Origin: Candidatus Hodarchaeota archaeon
GTDB taxonomy: Archaea; Asgardarchaeota; Heimdallarchaeia; Hodarchaeales; Hodarchaeaceae
Assembly: GCA_016840035.1 (NCBI GenBank)
Contig: JAEOTC010000257.1
Location: forward strand, 1-41,425
Direction of reading: 5' to 3'
DNA: 41,425 nt
Of this stretch, positions 18,599-27,986 are shown one piece after another. The translations under genes and the position numbers were made by a program. The notes beneath the pieces were generated by a model that did not search any database, was not told where the DNA came from, and saw only the letters and a list, made by a program, of their open reading frames with translations. Within the stretch, counting starts at the first letter, position 1, and each line of letters opens with the position of its first letter.

Positions 18599-19432
18599 AT
18601 GGTAGTTATAGGTCCAGTGGACGAACTTGTGAGAAAAATAATAACTCCTAAGAAGAAGATTTCCTTTGGAGGAGCAGCTCTCTTTCTAAAACCAATGGAA
18701 GTAGTTAGAGAAATCATTCGTCAAGAAATAAAAGGATTAAAAATATATACACTAATTGGCGATCTAGATATTGACCTCCTCTTGGGTGTTAACGCGATAA
18801 AAGAACTGCACGCAAGTTATGTTGGATTACCCATGGTTGGTATGGCAAAACATTTCCGTACTGCTATAGAAAAAGAGCAAAGTGTAGTATTTAAAGAATG
18901 GACAGAATTATCTATGGTTCGTGCTTTTCAAGCAGGAGCAATAGGAACACCTGCTATAATGCTACGGACTTTATTGGGTTCTGATTTAGTAAAAATTAGA
19001 GATGATTTTGAGGAAGTAACTTATAAAGGAAAAATGTATATCCAAGTTCCAGCAATTGTACCAGATTTAGCTATAGTCCACGCTTATGCCGCAGATAAGA
19101 ATGGTAATGTGTATTACCCCAAGCATCATGCATTAGATGAATTTTCTACATTACCAGCGCACTGTGCAAAGGAATTGTTCGTGACAGTTGAGAAAATAAT
19201 CACAAATGAAGAAGGGAGAGATCTAATAAAAAACGGACAATCAACAATGTTCTCTTCAATTGATACAGATTATATTGCAGAAGCACCCAGAGGAGCATGG
19301 CCCTCTGGTTTTCCCCCCTTCTATGCGAGTGATATGGGACATATTATGACCTATTCAGGGATGGCTCAAATGCCAGAAACATTTCAAATGTATCTCCAAG
19401 AATACATCTTTGGAGAGAAGGAGGAGAACTAG
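18599..19432 (+). CDS. Class I CoA-transferase-fold protein, alpha subunit (GctA/IpdA-like)
   Basis: SFGG...KPM, DIDLLLG, QAGAIGTP...LLGSDL, PDLAIVHA..AD..GN, VTVEKI and GAWPSG. ATG 18599 preferred. Confidence 0.88.
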   Translation: MVVIGPVDELVRKIITPKKKISFGGAALFLKPMEVVREIIRQEIKGLKIYTLIGDLDIDLLLGVNAIKELHASYVGLPMVGMAKHFRTAIEKEQSVVFKEWTELSMVRAFQAGAIGTPAIMLRTLLGSDLVKIRDDFEEVTYKGKMYIQVPAIVPDLAIVHAYAADKNGNVYYPKHHALDEFSTLPAHCAKELFVTVEKIITNEEGRDLIKNGQSTMFSSIDTDYIAEAPRGAWPSGFPPFYASDMGHIMTYSGMAQMPETFQMYLQEYIFGEKEEN

Positions 19433-19433
19433 T

Positions 19434-20240
19434 ATGTCTTCTGAGTATACTCCTATTGATCAAATCGTTGTTTCTCTATCTCGAGAGATAAATAATAATG
19501 AAACCTGTTACACTGGTATCGCTATCCCATCAGCAGTTGTAGCTGTTCAACTGGCCCGTATGACACATGCTCCAAATCTAAAATTCTTTTACGGAGGGTA
19601 TTGGATAAATCCTGATTTGGATGTGGATCTTTTTACAATAATGACTGATACAGAGGCATTCAGGAACTCAATTTCGAAAGCACAAGGTTTTTCACACCTT
19701 ATACGACTATATGAGTATTGGGAAGGGCCAAAGCATACTCTTTCATTTGGTTTTATCCGACCAGCTCAAATAGATCAGTTTGGAAATATAAATAACAGTG
19801 TGATAGGTGATCCTAATCATCCTAAGTTCCGATTTCCAGGAGGAGCAGCTGCAGGTGATATTTCGAATGCCTGCAGTCGAGTCATTGCCTATGTACCACG
19901 ACATGATGCACGAACATTTGTTGAAAAAGTCGATTTTATCACGGGAAAAGGTGCCTCTCCTGAGTGGAGAAAACGAGTTGGATTAGACAATTATACTGGT
20001 ATCGCTAGTATCATTACGGATCTTGGCATTTTAGATTTTAATTCCCCCAGTGGAACAATGAGAGTTCGTTCAATACATGAATTTTCTACAACAGAAGAGA
20101 TTCGAGAGAATACGGGTTTTGATCTTGAGATTCCTCCAGATGTCCCTACTACAGAAGTTCCTACTCAAGTAGAGCTAGAAGTTTTGAGGACAAAAGCAGA
20201 TCCGTTAGAAATTCGTAACTTTGATTCCCGCAACAGGTAA
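19434..20240 (+). CDS. Class I CoA-transferase-fold protein, beta subunit (GctB/IpdB-like), canonical Glu absent
   Basis: TGIAIP, LARMTHAPNL, AQIDQFGNINNS, RFPGGAA, FVEKVDFITG, ITDLGILDF and ENTGF; starts 2 nt after the alpha stop. Confidence 0.88.
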   Translation: MSSEYTPIDQIVVSLSREINNNETCYTGIAIPSAVVAVQLARMTHAPNLKFFYGGYWINPDLDVDLFTIMTDTEAFRNSISKAQGFSHLIRLYEYWEGPKHTLSFGFIRPAQIDQFGNINNSVIGDPNHPKFRFPGGAAAGDISNACSRVIAYVPRHDARTFVEKVDFITGKGASPEWRKRVGLDNYTGIASIITDLGILDFNSPSGTMRVRSIHEFSTTEEIRENTGFDLEIPPDVPTTEVPTQVELEVLRTKADPLEIRNFDSRNR

Positions 20241-20308
20241 AAAAATAAGAGCATGAGTAATAGCCTGAATTAACCCTAATTGTTTTTCTTTTATATCTAG
20301 GTGTAACT

Positions 20309-21568
20309 ATGGAACCAAAGACTGTCCTTGCTCCCGTTTCTTACCATCGTGCCACTTGGACCGCAGGATTTGCAACCTTATTTGCAAATATTCCTCTATT
20401 AATATACGGGCTATATGTAAATCTCTTTCTAAGAGAAGATCTCCTTACAGTAATTTTGATTGTGACAATAATCGGTACATTACGCAATATTCTTCAAATA
20501 TTTTTACGGATACCACTTGGAGAGCTATCTCAAATCATTGGACGAAAACCATTAATGATTTTGGGTCATTTTAGCTATACAATTGCACTTATACTTATGT
20601 CTATTGCCACAGATTGGATTTTAGTATTTATTGCTACAGCATTTATTGGATTGGGTATGTCTGCTTATTGGCCTGCGATATTTGGATATTTAGGGGATGT
20701 TGATATTGAAAGAATGGGGGAATCGCAGGGAATAGTATTCAGACAGAGTGATATCGGGTCAATTTTCGGAGCTGTTTTTGCTTTCTACCTCTTAGATCAA
20801 GTACAATTTTCTCTTCAGGAACTGTTCGGTACTATTGCACTAATCTCTTTGATCACAGGGATAGTAACGATCGTTTTGCTACCAGAATCACTTCCAAAAG
20901 AAAATCGTAAATCAGTAGAAAACGTTCCAAGAGCTTTACTTAATTCTTGGTGGACTAGTATCAAATCATTTAAGCAAATGAGTGCTACAAATCGTTTGTG
21001 GCAGGTATATTTCTTCCATTTTATTCTTGCGTTTATTGAGTTTACCACTAGCTATTATGTTCCATTAATTATTGTCTCAAAGGGATTTACGAATGCTGAT
21101 GTTTCAGCGATTTGGTTATGGTCATTAGTCCTTGTTTTTTGGATCAAACCATATCTAGGAAGGTTAACTGATAGGTTTGAGTTTGTTACTTCGATATCAA
21201 TATCATTGATCTTACTTTGTATTACGGTATTAAGTTATGTCTTTATAAACCAATTTATGTTTTTAGTCGTGGCATATTTATTTACCAATAGTACGATATT
21301 AACAGCATACATCGCTGCAAATGGGGAAACGGCACGTCGGGCCCCAATTGAGAGTCGAGGAATGGCACTGGGTGTTTTTGGAGTATATGTCTCAATGGGA
21401 AGAACTACATCAACTGTAGTATTGGGGCCTATCTGGGAATTATTTGACTTAATCGCTGTTTTTATTTTTTCATCTGTATTAGTATTTTGTTTGGTTTTCC
21501 TACTCATATTAGTGATAAAGAGGTATAATAACCAATCCAGAACTGTAAATGCTTCAATTTCGCAGTAA
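20309..21568 (+). CDS. Major facilitator superfamily transporter
   Basis: About 12 TM segments, motif A variants GELSQIIGRK and GRLTDRF, RGMALG. Confidence 0.9.
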   Translation: MEPKTVLAPVSYHRATWTAGFATLFANIPLLIYGLYVNLFLREDLLTVILIVTIIGTLRNILQIFLRIPLGELSQIIGRKPLMILGHFSYTIALILMSIATDWILVFIATAFIGLGMSAYWPAIFGYLGDVDIERMGESQGIVFRQSDIGSIFGAVFAFYLLDQVQFSLQELFGTIALISLITGIVTIVLLPESLPKENRKSVENVPRALLNSWWTSIKSFKQMSATNRLWQVYFFHFILAFIEFTTSYYVPLIIVSKGFTNADVSAIWLWSLVLVFWIKPYLGRLTDRFEFVTSISISLILLCITVLSYVFINQFMFLVVAYLFTNSTILTAYIAANGETARRAPIESRGMALGVFGVYVSMGRTTSTVVLGPIWELFDLIAVFIFSSVLVFCLVFLLILVIKRYNNQSRTVNASISQ

Positions 21569-21704
21569 ATCCTTTTAAAAAGTAAAGAACGGAAAGCTTT
21601 AAACACAAAAGAAATTTAGATTTAGTCAGTAATAATGGAGAAACTAAGATATAATTATCAGGAAGCTCCATAAATTGAACTAGAAGTCAATTACGTGGTC
21701 AAAA

Positions 21705-21998
21705 GTGAGTTTACCCACTCAAAAAGATATAGAAATACTTGTAGATACTATTTATGAAGAATCAACCAAGTTATTCAAGTATGAAAATAACCTAAACCCC
21801 AATTTAAATTTTACCAAGTTTTTAACTGCTTTGGATCAAAGAAATTTACTGGTGGTTGTCCATTTCCGCTTAGAAAAGGATATACTAGTCTTGAATTTTT
21901 TTGGAAACGCTTCACCATATTACAAAATCATTGCATATATTTATGCCCTTGCTTTCATAAAATACGATGATACTATTAACAATGTTTCAATTGAGTGA
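21705..21998 (+). CDS. Hypothetical protein
   Basis: 97-aa ORF filling an otherwise empty gap; no motif recognised. Confidence 0.4.
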   Translation: MSLPTQKDIEILVDTIYEESTKLFKYENNLNPNLNFTKFLTALDQRNLLVVVHFRLEKDILVLNFFGNASPYYKIIAYIYALAFIKYDDTINNVSIE

Positions 21999-22046
21999 CA
22001 AGTATAATTAATAAAGAGTAAAGGTTGCATAAAAAACATACAATTC

Positions 22047-22529
22047 TCATTTAATCTTTTGAATAACAGTAGCTGGACAAATCTTAGTAATTCCAGAAAG
22101 GTTTTCTAATTTTTTAAGAAAAGCGGTTAAATGATCATTATCTTTGAACCAACACTCCATAAGAAAATCATGATCTAAACTTGTTTGAAAAATGCTTCTA
22201 ACCTCAGACCAAGTTTTTAATTCCTCAACTGTTGGAAGATAGGATTCAGCGTCAACATCGAACCCAATAAACGATGAAAGTTCAAAACCTAACTTTCTAG
22301 GATCGAGTTCAATGGTAAATTTCTTAATCACTCCATCTTTTTTGAGTTTGCTAACTCGTTTACGAACTGCTGTATCAGAAACATTTAATACTTCTGCGAT
22401 ATCAGTCCATTTTTTACTAGAATCCTCCAATAGAATATTCAGTAATTGCTCTCTAACAATCGACCCTTTTCGATCTTTAACTCTAAGTTCGTGTGCCATT
22501 TCAAACTGATCCGAAGTATATTGGTTCAT
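22047..22529 (-). CDS. Lrp/AsnC family transcriptional regulator (LrpA-like)
   Basis: HTH 'TDIAEVLNVSDTAVRKRVSKLKKDGVIKKFTIELDPRKLG' and RAM domain 'DHDFLMECW...ICPA'. Confidence 0.92.
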   Translation of the reverse strand: MNQYTSDQFEMAHELRVKDRKGSIVREQLLNILLEDSSKKWTDIAEVLNVSDTAVRKRVSKLKKDGVIKKFTIELDPRKLGFELSSFIGFDVDAESYLPTVEELKTWSEVRSIFQTSLDHDFLMECWFKDNDHLTAFLKKLENLSGITKICPATVIQKIK

Positions 22530-22562
22530 GTTTCCTTGTTTCTAATTTGAAATAAGTTAATA

Positions 22563-22583
22563 TTGGTTCGGATTTCGAACCAA
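22563..22583. promoter_or_regulatory. Palindromic operator, probable Lrp-family binding site
   Basis: TTGGTTCG-GATTT-CGAACCAA: perfect 8-bp arms around a 5-bp AT-rich spacer, 34 nt upstream of the Lrp start. Confidence 0.65.
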
Positions 22584-22698
22584 GAACTACTAAAATTGAC
22601 CTAATAAAGTGCAGTTAGATATTAACTTATGCACCTAATTCGCATAAGGATACCTAATATCGGGTTAAAAGTATAAATTTAGAAAAGGATGTCTCAAT

Positions 22699-23193
22699 AT
22701 GGCATTAATTAGTGAAAGATTTAATGATGCGTTAAACGCACAAATTGGTGAGGAGTTAAATTCTGCTTACATTTACTTATCAATGAGTACATGGTTAAAA
22801 GAAAATAGCTTCAATAATTTAGGTGAATGGTTCGTCCTTCAGTATAATGAAGAACTGGCTCATGCTTACAAATTTATGGATTATATAGTAGAAACTGGAG
22901 GCACTGTAAAACTTCCAGGATTTGAAGCACCCAAAAATGATTGGCAAAGTGTAGAAGAAATTGTTAAAGCAGCTTATGCACATGAACAGCATATTACCGG
23001 AAAAATCAATGAATTAGTTGTTCTAGCTGAGGAATTGAAGGATTATGGTCCACGTGAATTACTTACATGGTTTGTTAGTGAACAGATAGAAGAAGAAGCT
23101 TCTACTAGTGAAATGGTTGATCGTCAAGCTGCATTCCGTAACGATATGCTTTTTGATCATCATACACACCGCGCACCTGAATCTGAAGAGTAG
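22699..23193 (+). CDS. ftnA: Non-haem ferritin
   Basis: LNAQIGEELNSAYIYLSM, QYNEELAHA, HEQHIT and WFVSEQIEEE ferroxidase-centre motifs. Confidence 0.93.
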   Translation: MALISERFNDALNAQIGEELNSAYIYLSMSTWLKENSFNNLGEWFVLQYNEELAHAYKFMDYIVETGGTVKLPGFEAPKNDWQSVEEIVKAAYAHEQHITGKINELVVLAEELKDYGPRELLTWFVSEQIEEEASTSEMVDRQAAFRNDMLFDHHTHRAPESEE

Positions 23194-23210
23194 ATTTAGC
23201 AGGATTTCTG

Positions 23211-23250
23211 GGAGATTGGTGTATAACCAACTCCTAATTATTTATTTTTA
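23211..23250 (+). terminator. Hairpin plus T-rich tract after ferritin
   Basis: GGAG(A)TTGGT-GTATA-ACCAACTCC followed by TAATTATTTATTTTT. Confidence 0.5.
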
Positions 23251-23326
23251 CCACCCCTTCATTTTCCACAGGCATATTTTCGGTAAGAGATTCTATTTTT
23301 AGAAATTATCTTTGTAGTCTGTAAAT

Positions 23327-25525
23327 TTATCCCTCATAGAGAAAAAGTTTGATTTCATCAACGAGCTTATTCAATGCTCTGTTTTCGTCTCTGGGGAGTA
23401 ATAATTCCTGAACATGGGGTTCGATCACATCATCAATACTTCGGGATTCAGCAACTTCATATTCATATTTGAGTTCCATTGGATCAATGATGAGCTCAAA
23501 GAGTTTCGCAACTTTTCCAGGTCGAGTTGCCCTTCCAACACGCTGTATTTGTTCACGTCGGTTTTTAGTTCCTGAAACAATAATGATTGTATCGGCTGGA
23601 GCATCAAATCCCTCATTTAACATTTTTACTAAAATAAGAGTGTTTATTTCTTTATGTCTAAACTTATCTAGGAGAATGTTAAACTCCTTATCATTTAATA
23701 CGGTTTCTCCTGTTAGTAAGGTGCTGTCAATTTTCCTTTCCTTTAGAAACTTGTGAAGCGCTTTTGCGTGGTTGATACGGCTTGTAAAAACAAGAGTTTG
23801 AGAGGTTAATGGAGATTCTAGTATTTTTTGAACGGCAAACATCTTGTATCTTGCTTCTCGGGAAACTTTCCCGTATGAGGATTTCCCTTTTTGGTTAATT
23901 ATTCCTTTCTCTTCCGAAGTGAGGGGAATGTGAATACGTTCGGAATAAATTGGTGCAATAAATCCTTCTCGAGCTAATAGTCCATAATTGATTTTATGAA
24001 TGATTGGGCCCATACAACTAACTACTAGACTTGAGTGTAATGTCTTTTCTATGGTAGCACTAAGCGCCATACGTCTTGGTATCTCTAAATCGACTGCTAT
24101 ATGACGAAAGGTCTCTGCTTGAATGTGGTGTGATTCATCAGCTATCAATAAGCCAAATTTATCGGTAAAGAAACCAATTGTATCTTTAACTAAAATCTTA
24201 TCACGAGATACTTTCTCAAGTTCCTTCTTCTTTAAGGCATGGAAGTCCTGTAAGTATTGCGCAAGCAATTGAAAAGTAGAGATAACAATCTGATACTGTC
24301 TAAAAGCTTTTTTCTGACCAGTAAAGATTCCAATTTCTGCAGGTTTTACACCAATGAATGTTCCAATTTGATCTATCCATTGGTCAACTAATGCAAGATT
24401 AGGAACTAATATCAATGTTCTCTGTTGAATCTGACGTATCGCATCAATGCCAATGATGGTTTTACCTGCCCCAGTTGGCAATTGAATTGTTCCAAATTCC
24501 TGATTTTCAAACCATTTGTCAATTCCTGTTTGCTGATAAGACCGCAATTCATAATTATGTTGCATTTCTGTTTTCCATATTTTTTTGCTTGGGGTAGGTG
24601 TAAATGGAGTAAATTTAAGTTCAAATAATGATTGACTCTTCGAGTCATTGATACTTTTCTCAACCATTCGCCAAAAATGATTAGCTCGGAAAGCGGCCCA
24701 ATAAGCTACTTCAATTTCTCGTTCTCCGACCTGAGTAATACAATGTAAATAATCTGCATTAGGATCATCTTCTGATCGTATGGCCATATATCGGGTGAAA
24801 ATATCAAACAAAGTGTGAAACCACGTATTAAATGCTTTATTCCATTTTATTCTCAATTTATCATCAGTCGATTCAACAGTAATTGAGTATTCCTGTTGTC
24901 CTGTCTCGGAAAGCGCGTCTAGTTTTTCTTTCACACCAGGACTATACTTTATTGTGATCCCTGTTTTCTGTAAAAGCTTTATATCTTCTTGAACTAGGTG
25001 AGGAAACTGAAGAATGAATTTCGTGGGACGATGAGTTCGCTTGTGTTCCCAATAACCATTATGCTTGCGCCAGTTCCTCTCCCAGATTCGAAATTGCTCA
25101 CCAACCCAAGGGAAGTAGAAAAATTTTCTGTCATATTCCTCCGAATCTTCCTCTTTCTTAAGATATTCGAAATAACCCTCCACATTTAAACTACGGGAGC
25201 GTTCCTTTTTGTAGTGAGAACGTCGAATCGGGATCCAAGCATTAATCTGTGTAAAAGGATACCAGGGGAAATCCACTAGGAAACTTAGGTCTTCTTGGAT
25301 AGTAATCTGGAATCCATTTTGTTGTGCAGTAATAAAGTTTACCCATGCGTCTTCAGTAATCGAAGCACCTTTCATTCGAGGACTTTGTTTTCCTCTTAAA
25401 CCGAGACTGGGAGAAGAACAAACGTGAGTCCTAATTTTATGGCGACATAAAGGTGCTGAACACTTACTACAGCGGTAAATTTTTGCACCTGCTTCTGCGC
25501 ATTCATTACAAATTTCTAAGCTAAT
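23327..25525 (-). CDS. XPB/Rad25-like SF2 DExH helicase with long N-terminal region and N-terminal zinc finger
   Basis: LRSYQ, LPTGAGKT, DESHH, SAT, MLNEGFD and QRVGRATR. The frame stays open for 50 codons upstream of ATG 25375 and encodes a Cys/His cluster; proposed start is ATT 25525. Confidence 0.85.
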   Translation of the reverse strand: MSLEICNECAEAGAKIYRCSKCSAPLCRHKIRTHVCSSPSLGLRGKQSPRMKGASITEDAWVNFITAQQNGFQITIQEDLSFLVDFPWYPFTQINAWIPIRRSHYKKERSRSLNVEGYFEYLKKEEDSEEYDRKFFYFPWVGEQFRIWERNWRKHNGYWEHKRTHRPTKFILQFPHLVQEDIKLLQKTGITIKYSPGVKEKLDALSETGQQEYSITVESTDDKLRIKWNKAFNTWFHTLFDIFTRYMAIRSEDDPNADYLHCITQVGEREIEVAYWAAFRANHFWRMVEKSINDSKSQSLFELKFTPFTPTPSKKIWKTEMQHNYELRSYQQTGIDKWFENQEFGTIQLPTGAGKTIIGIDAIRQIQQRTLILVPNLALVDQWIDQIGTFIGVKPAEIGIFTGQKKAFRQYQIVISTFQLLAQYLQDFHALKKKELEKVSRDKILVKDTIGFFTDKFGLLIADESHHIQAETFRHIAVDLEIPRRMALSATIEKTLHSSLVVSCMGPIIHKINYGLLAREGFIAPIYSERIHIPLTSEEKGIINQKGKSSYGKVSREARYKMFAVQKILESPLTSQTLVFTSRINHAKALHKFLKERKIDSTLLTGETVLNDKEFNILLDKFRHKEINTLILVKMLNEGFDAPADTIIIVSGTKNRREQIQRVGRATRPGKVAKLFELIIDPMELKYEYEVAESRSIDDVIEPHVQELLLPRDENRALNKLVDEIKLFLYEG

Positions 25526-25751
25526 GATAAGCCCTCATATGGCTATATAGAGATTTTTTAAGTAGTTTAATTATCGTCGAATACAGATTTCCAGAGGCTT
25601 TCCTCTGAGTGTTAAAAAATGATAAGTAACGACATGTCTTTAAATTTTGGAAAAAATCCCTCTGATAAATAAATCCTTATGGGAAAATTAAATATTTTTC
25701 GTTGTTGTACACTCTTTTGAAGGAGGTCTTTTGAAATCTCAACTTTAACCT

Positions 25752-27986
25752 TTATTTTGGAAAGGTTAGCGTAAACCGTGTTCCATGCCCTTTTCCGTCG
25801 CTATGAGCTATTATCGATCCACCATGAGAACTCATTATTTCTCTTGAAAGGTAGAGGCCAATTCCTGTTCCTTGAGTTGAGTATTCAGTTTCAATTGTCA
25901 CAAATTGGTCAAAAACTCTCTCAAGATCTCCAGAATCAATCCCTGCTCCATTATCAATAACATCAACTTCAATAGCCGTCAAAGTATTTCTAATTTCAAC
26001 CCTGATTTTCCTGCTGTCTTTCGAGCTGTTTTTAATTGCATTATCAATTATATTATCAATTACTTGTTGAATTCGATCACTGTCTATGTCATAACTAATT
26101 ACAGCGTCCTCTTCAAAGTTAATAAATTCAAATTCAAATTGTTCTTCTAATAGGTCTTCGTAAGGTGCAAGTATTTTAAGCATGTGTTCTTTAAAATCAA
26201 TAGTTCGTAAATTGATTTGAAAGAGACCTCTTTCTAATTGAGTAATCGCTTGACTATCTGAAATTAGGCGTTCAAGTCGATTTAGATTCTTATTAATGAT
26301 TGAAAAAATATCCGTTTTCTGCGTTTCGGTCATCATTTCTAGTTTTTTCTGCAAAAATTCATTGTATCCAAACAAGACAGTTAATGGTGTTCTCAATTCA
26401 TGATTAACCATTCTGATAAAATTATCCCGTCTTTTCTGTAATTCCGTTCTGATCTGTTCTGCTTTTTTTCGTTCTTCTACGTTCCTAAATATTCCTATAT
26501 GATATTTATTATCTTCCAATGTTACGGGTGAGACATTGATATCTGCATGGAAAATTGTTCCATCTTTCTTTCTTAAGGGGATTTCTGAAGCGAAAGATAG
26601 ATTTTGTTGGTTGATTTCTGCCATTTCTTCTTCAAAATTTCTATAGATTTGATCTTGGCGAAGATGAGAGAGGGATAAATGCATTACTTCTTCTTGTGAA
26701 TATCCAAACATTTCACAAAAAGAATGGTTTGCGAGAAATATTTCTCCATCCTTTGGATTTACAAGTATTATTCCATCTGTGACGTTGTCAAAAATCGTTT
26801 TAAATCGTTTTTCTGATTCTCTCAACTCTTTCTCTGTCATTTTGAGTTCTGTAATATCGAGAACAGATACCGTTGATTTAGCAGATACACCTTGTTCGAT
26901 ATCCCAATTTGCTCTTACTAATGCCCAAAGTTTCCTTCCAGATTTTGTTACAATCTGATATTCAACGGTTTCTTCGATTTCCTCATTTGAGAAGAGTTTG
27001 GCTGATCTTTCAAGCCAAGTTTCTTTACTTTCCTCAGTTAACATCTCATAGAGGTTGAGATTTCCTGCTTCCTCTGCTGTTACTTCAAATAACTCAAGGA
27101 GAAGATCATTTGCGAACAGGACCTTCGTTTCACCAGTAGGAAAATCTAATTCGATTTCATAAATCCCCGTTGGTGCTTTTTTGACTAGTTCGCGATATCT
27201 TTGTTCACTTTCTCGTAGAGCATTTTCAATTTCCTTAATATCGGATATGTCAAGAATTACACCACGAAGACCAACTCGTTCATTATCCTTGATTATCGAA
27301 TTGGAATATATTAGCACTGGGAACGATTTTCCATCTTTATGAATAGCTGTATATTCATGATCTTCAAATAACTCCCCCTTCAGTATTTTACGAATATTTT
27401 TTCCAATTCGAGCTAAATCTTCAGGAATGAAAAGCTTAGAGACATTTAAACCTCTTTTCAATTCTTCTAATGTGTAACCAAAGGTTTCTAAGCCTTTAGG
27501 ATTCGCATAAATTATGTTTCCTTTCGTGTCCAGCTCAAAAACAGTCTGGGGTAGTAGCTCAGCAAGATCTTTGATACTTCGTTCACCTTCTTCAAGATGG
27601 TATCTAAGCTGCGCATCAAGTGATTTTGAGTGAAGAAATTGACGGTAACAGCCATATACTCCCAACAATGCCCCAACAAGGAAGAAGATTAAATCAACGT
27701 CTTTAAGTAAGTCATCAGTTCCAATCTCCATTCCATTCGGAGTGAATGACCTTAGAAAGTCTTGAAAAACATCAAAAAATACTGGTATCACTAGTAGAAT
27801 AACTGCAACAAAAAACCATGGACCTGCTCCTTCATAAAACAGCCGATTTCTTCTCATGCCGTAATAAATAATAAATATTAGAGCTAAAAGGAGAAAAAAT
27901 ATCGCAGACTCGAAGAAAAAGTCAAGATAATCTAAGGAATCTAAAAAATATTTCGAGGACACATTAAAGTTGACCATTCTTGGCAA
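25752..27986 (-). CDS. Membrane-anchored PAS-domain sensor histidine kinase
   Basis: Three N-terminal TM segments, three PAS/PAC units, H-box NHELRTPL, N-box DNIIDNAIK, DNGAGI and GTGIGL. Confidence 0.94.
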   Translation of the reverse strand: MPRMVNFNVSSKYFLDSLDYLDFFFESAIFFLLLALIFIIYYGMRRNRLFYEGAGPWFFVAVILLVIPVFFDVFQDFLRSFTPNGMEIGTDDLLKDVDLIFFLVGALLGVYGCYRQFLHSKSLDAQLRYHLEEGERSIKDLAELLPQTVFELDTKGNIIYANPKGLETFGYTLEELKRGLNVSKLFIPEDLARIGKNIRKILKGELFEDHEYTAIHKDGKSFPVLIYSNSIIKDNERVGLRGVILDISDIKEIENALRESEQRYRELVKKAPTGIYEIELDFPTGETKVLFANDLLLELFEVTAEEAGNLNLYEMLTEESKETWLERSAKLFSNEEIEETVEYQIVTKSGRKLWALVRANWDIEQGVSAKSTVSVLDITELKMTEKELRESEKRFKTIFDNVTDGIILVNPKDGEIFLANHSFCEMFGYSQEEVMHLSLSHLRQDQIYRNFEEEMAEINQQNLSFASEIPLRKKDGTIFHADINVSPVTLEDNKYHIGIFRNVEERKKAEQIRTELQKRRDNFIRMVNHELRTPLTVLFGYNEFLQKKLEMMTETQKTDIFSIINKNLNRLERLISDSQAITQLERGLFQINLRTIDFKEHMLKILAPYEDLLEEQFEFEFINFEEDAVISYDIDSDRIQQVIDNIIDNAIKNSSKDSRKIRVEIRNTLTAIEVDVIDNGAGIDSGDLERVFDQFVTIETEYSTQGTGIGLYLSREIMSSHGGSIIAHSDGKGHGTRFTLTFPK

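Noticed and set aside
22600-22698. Eukaryote-type iron-responsive element in the ferritin leader
   Set aside because: No CAGUGN apical loop with bulged C. The hairpin present has a different loop, and CAGTTA at ~22612 is not within a stem.
25535-25537. In-frame TGA upstream of the helicase zinc finger as selenocysteine/readthrough
   Set aside because: No start codon or coding-like sequence immediately upstream (the region looks like a TATA promoter), and no SECIS was recognised.
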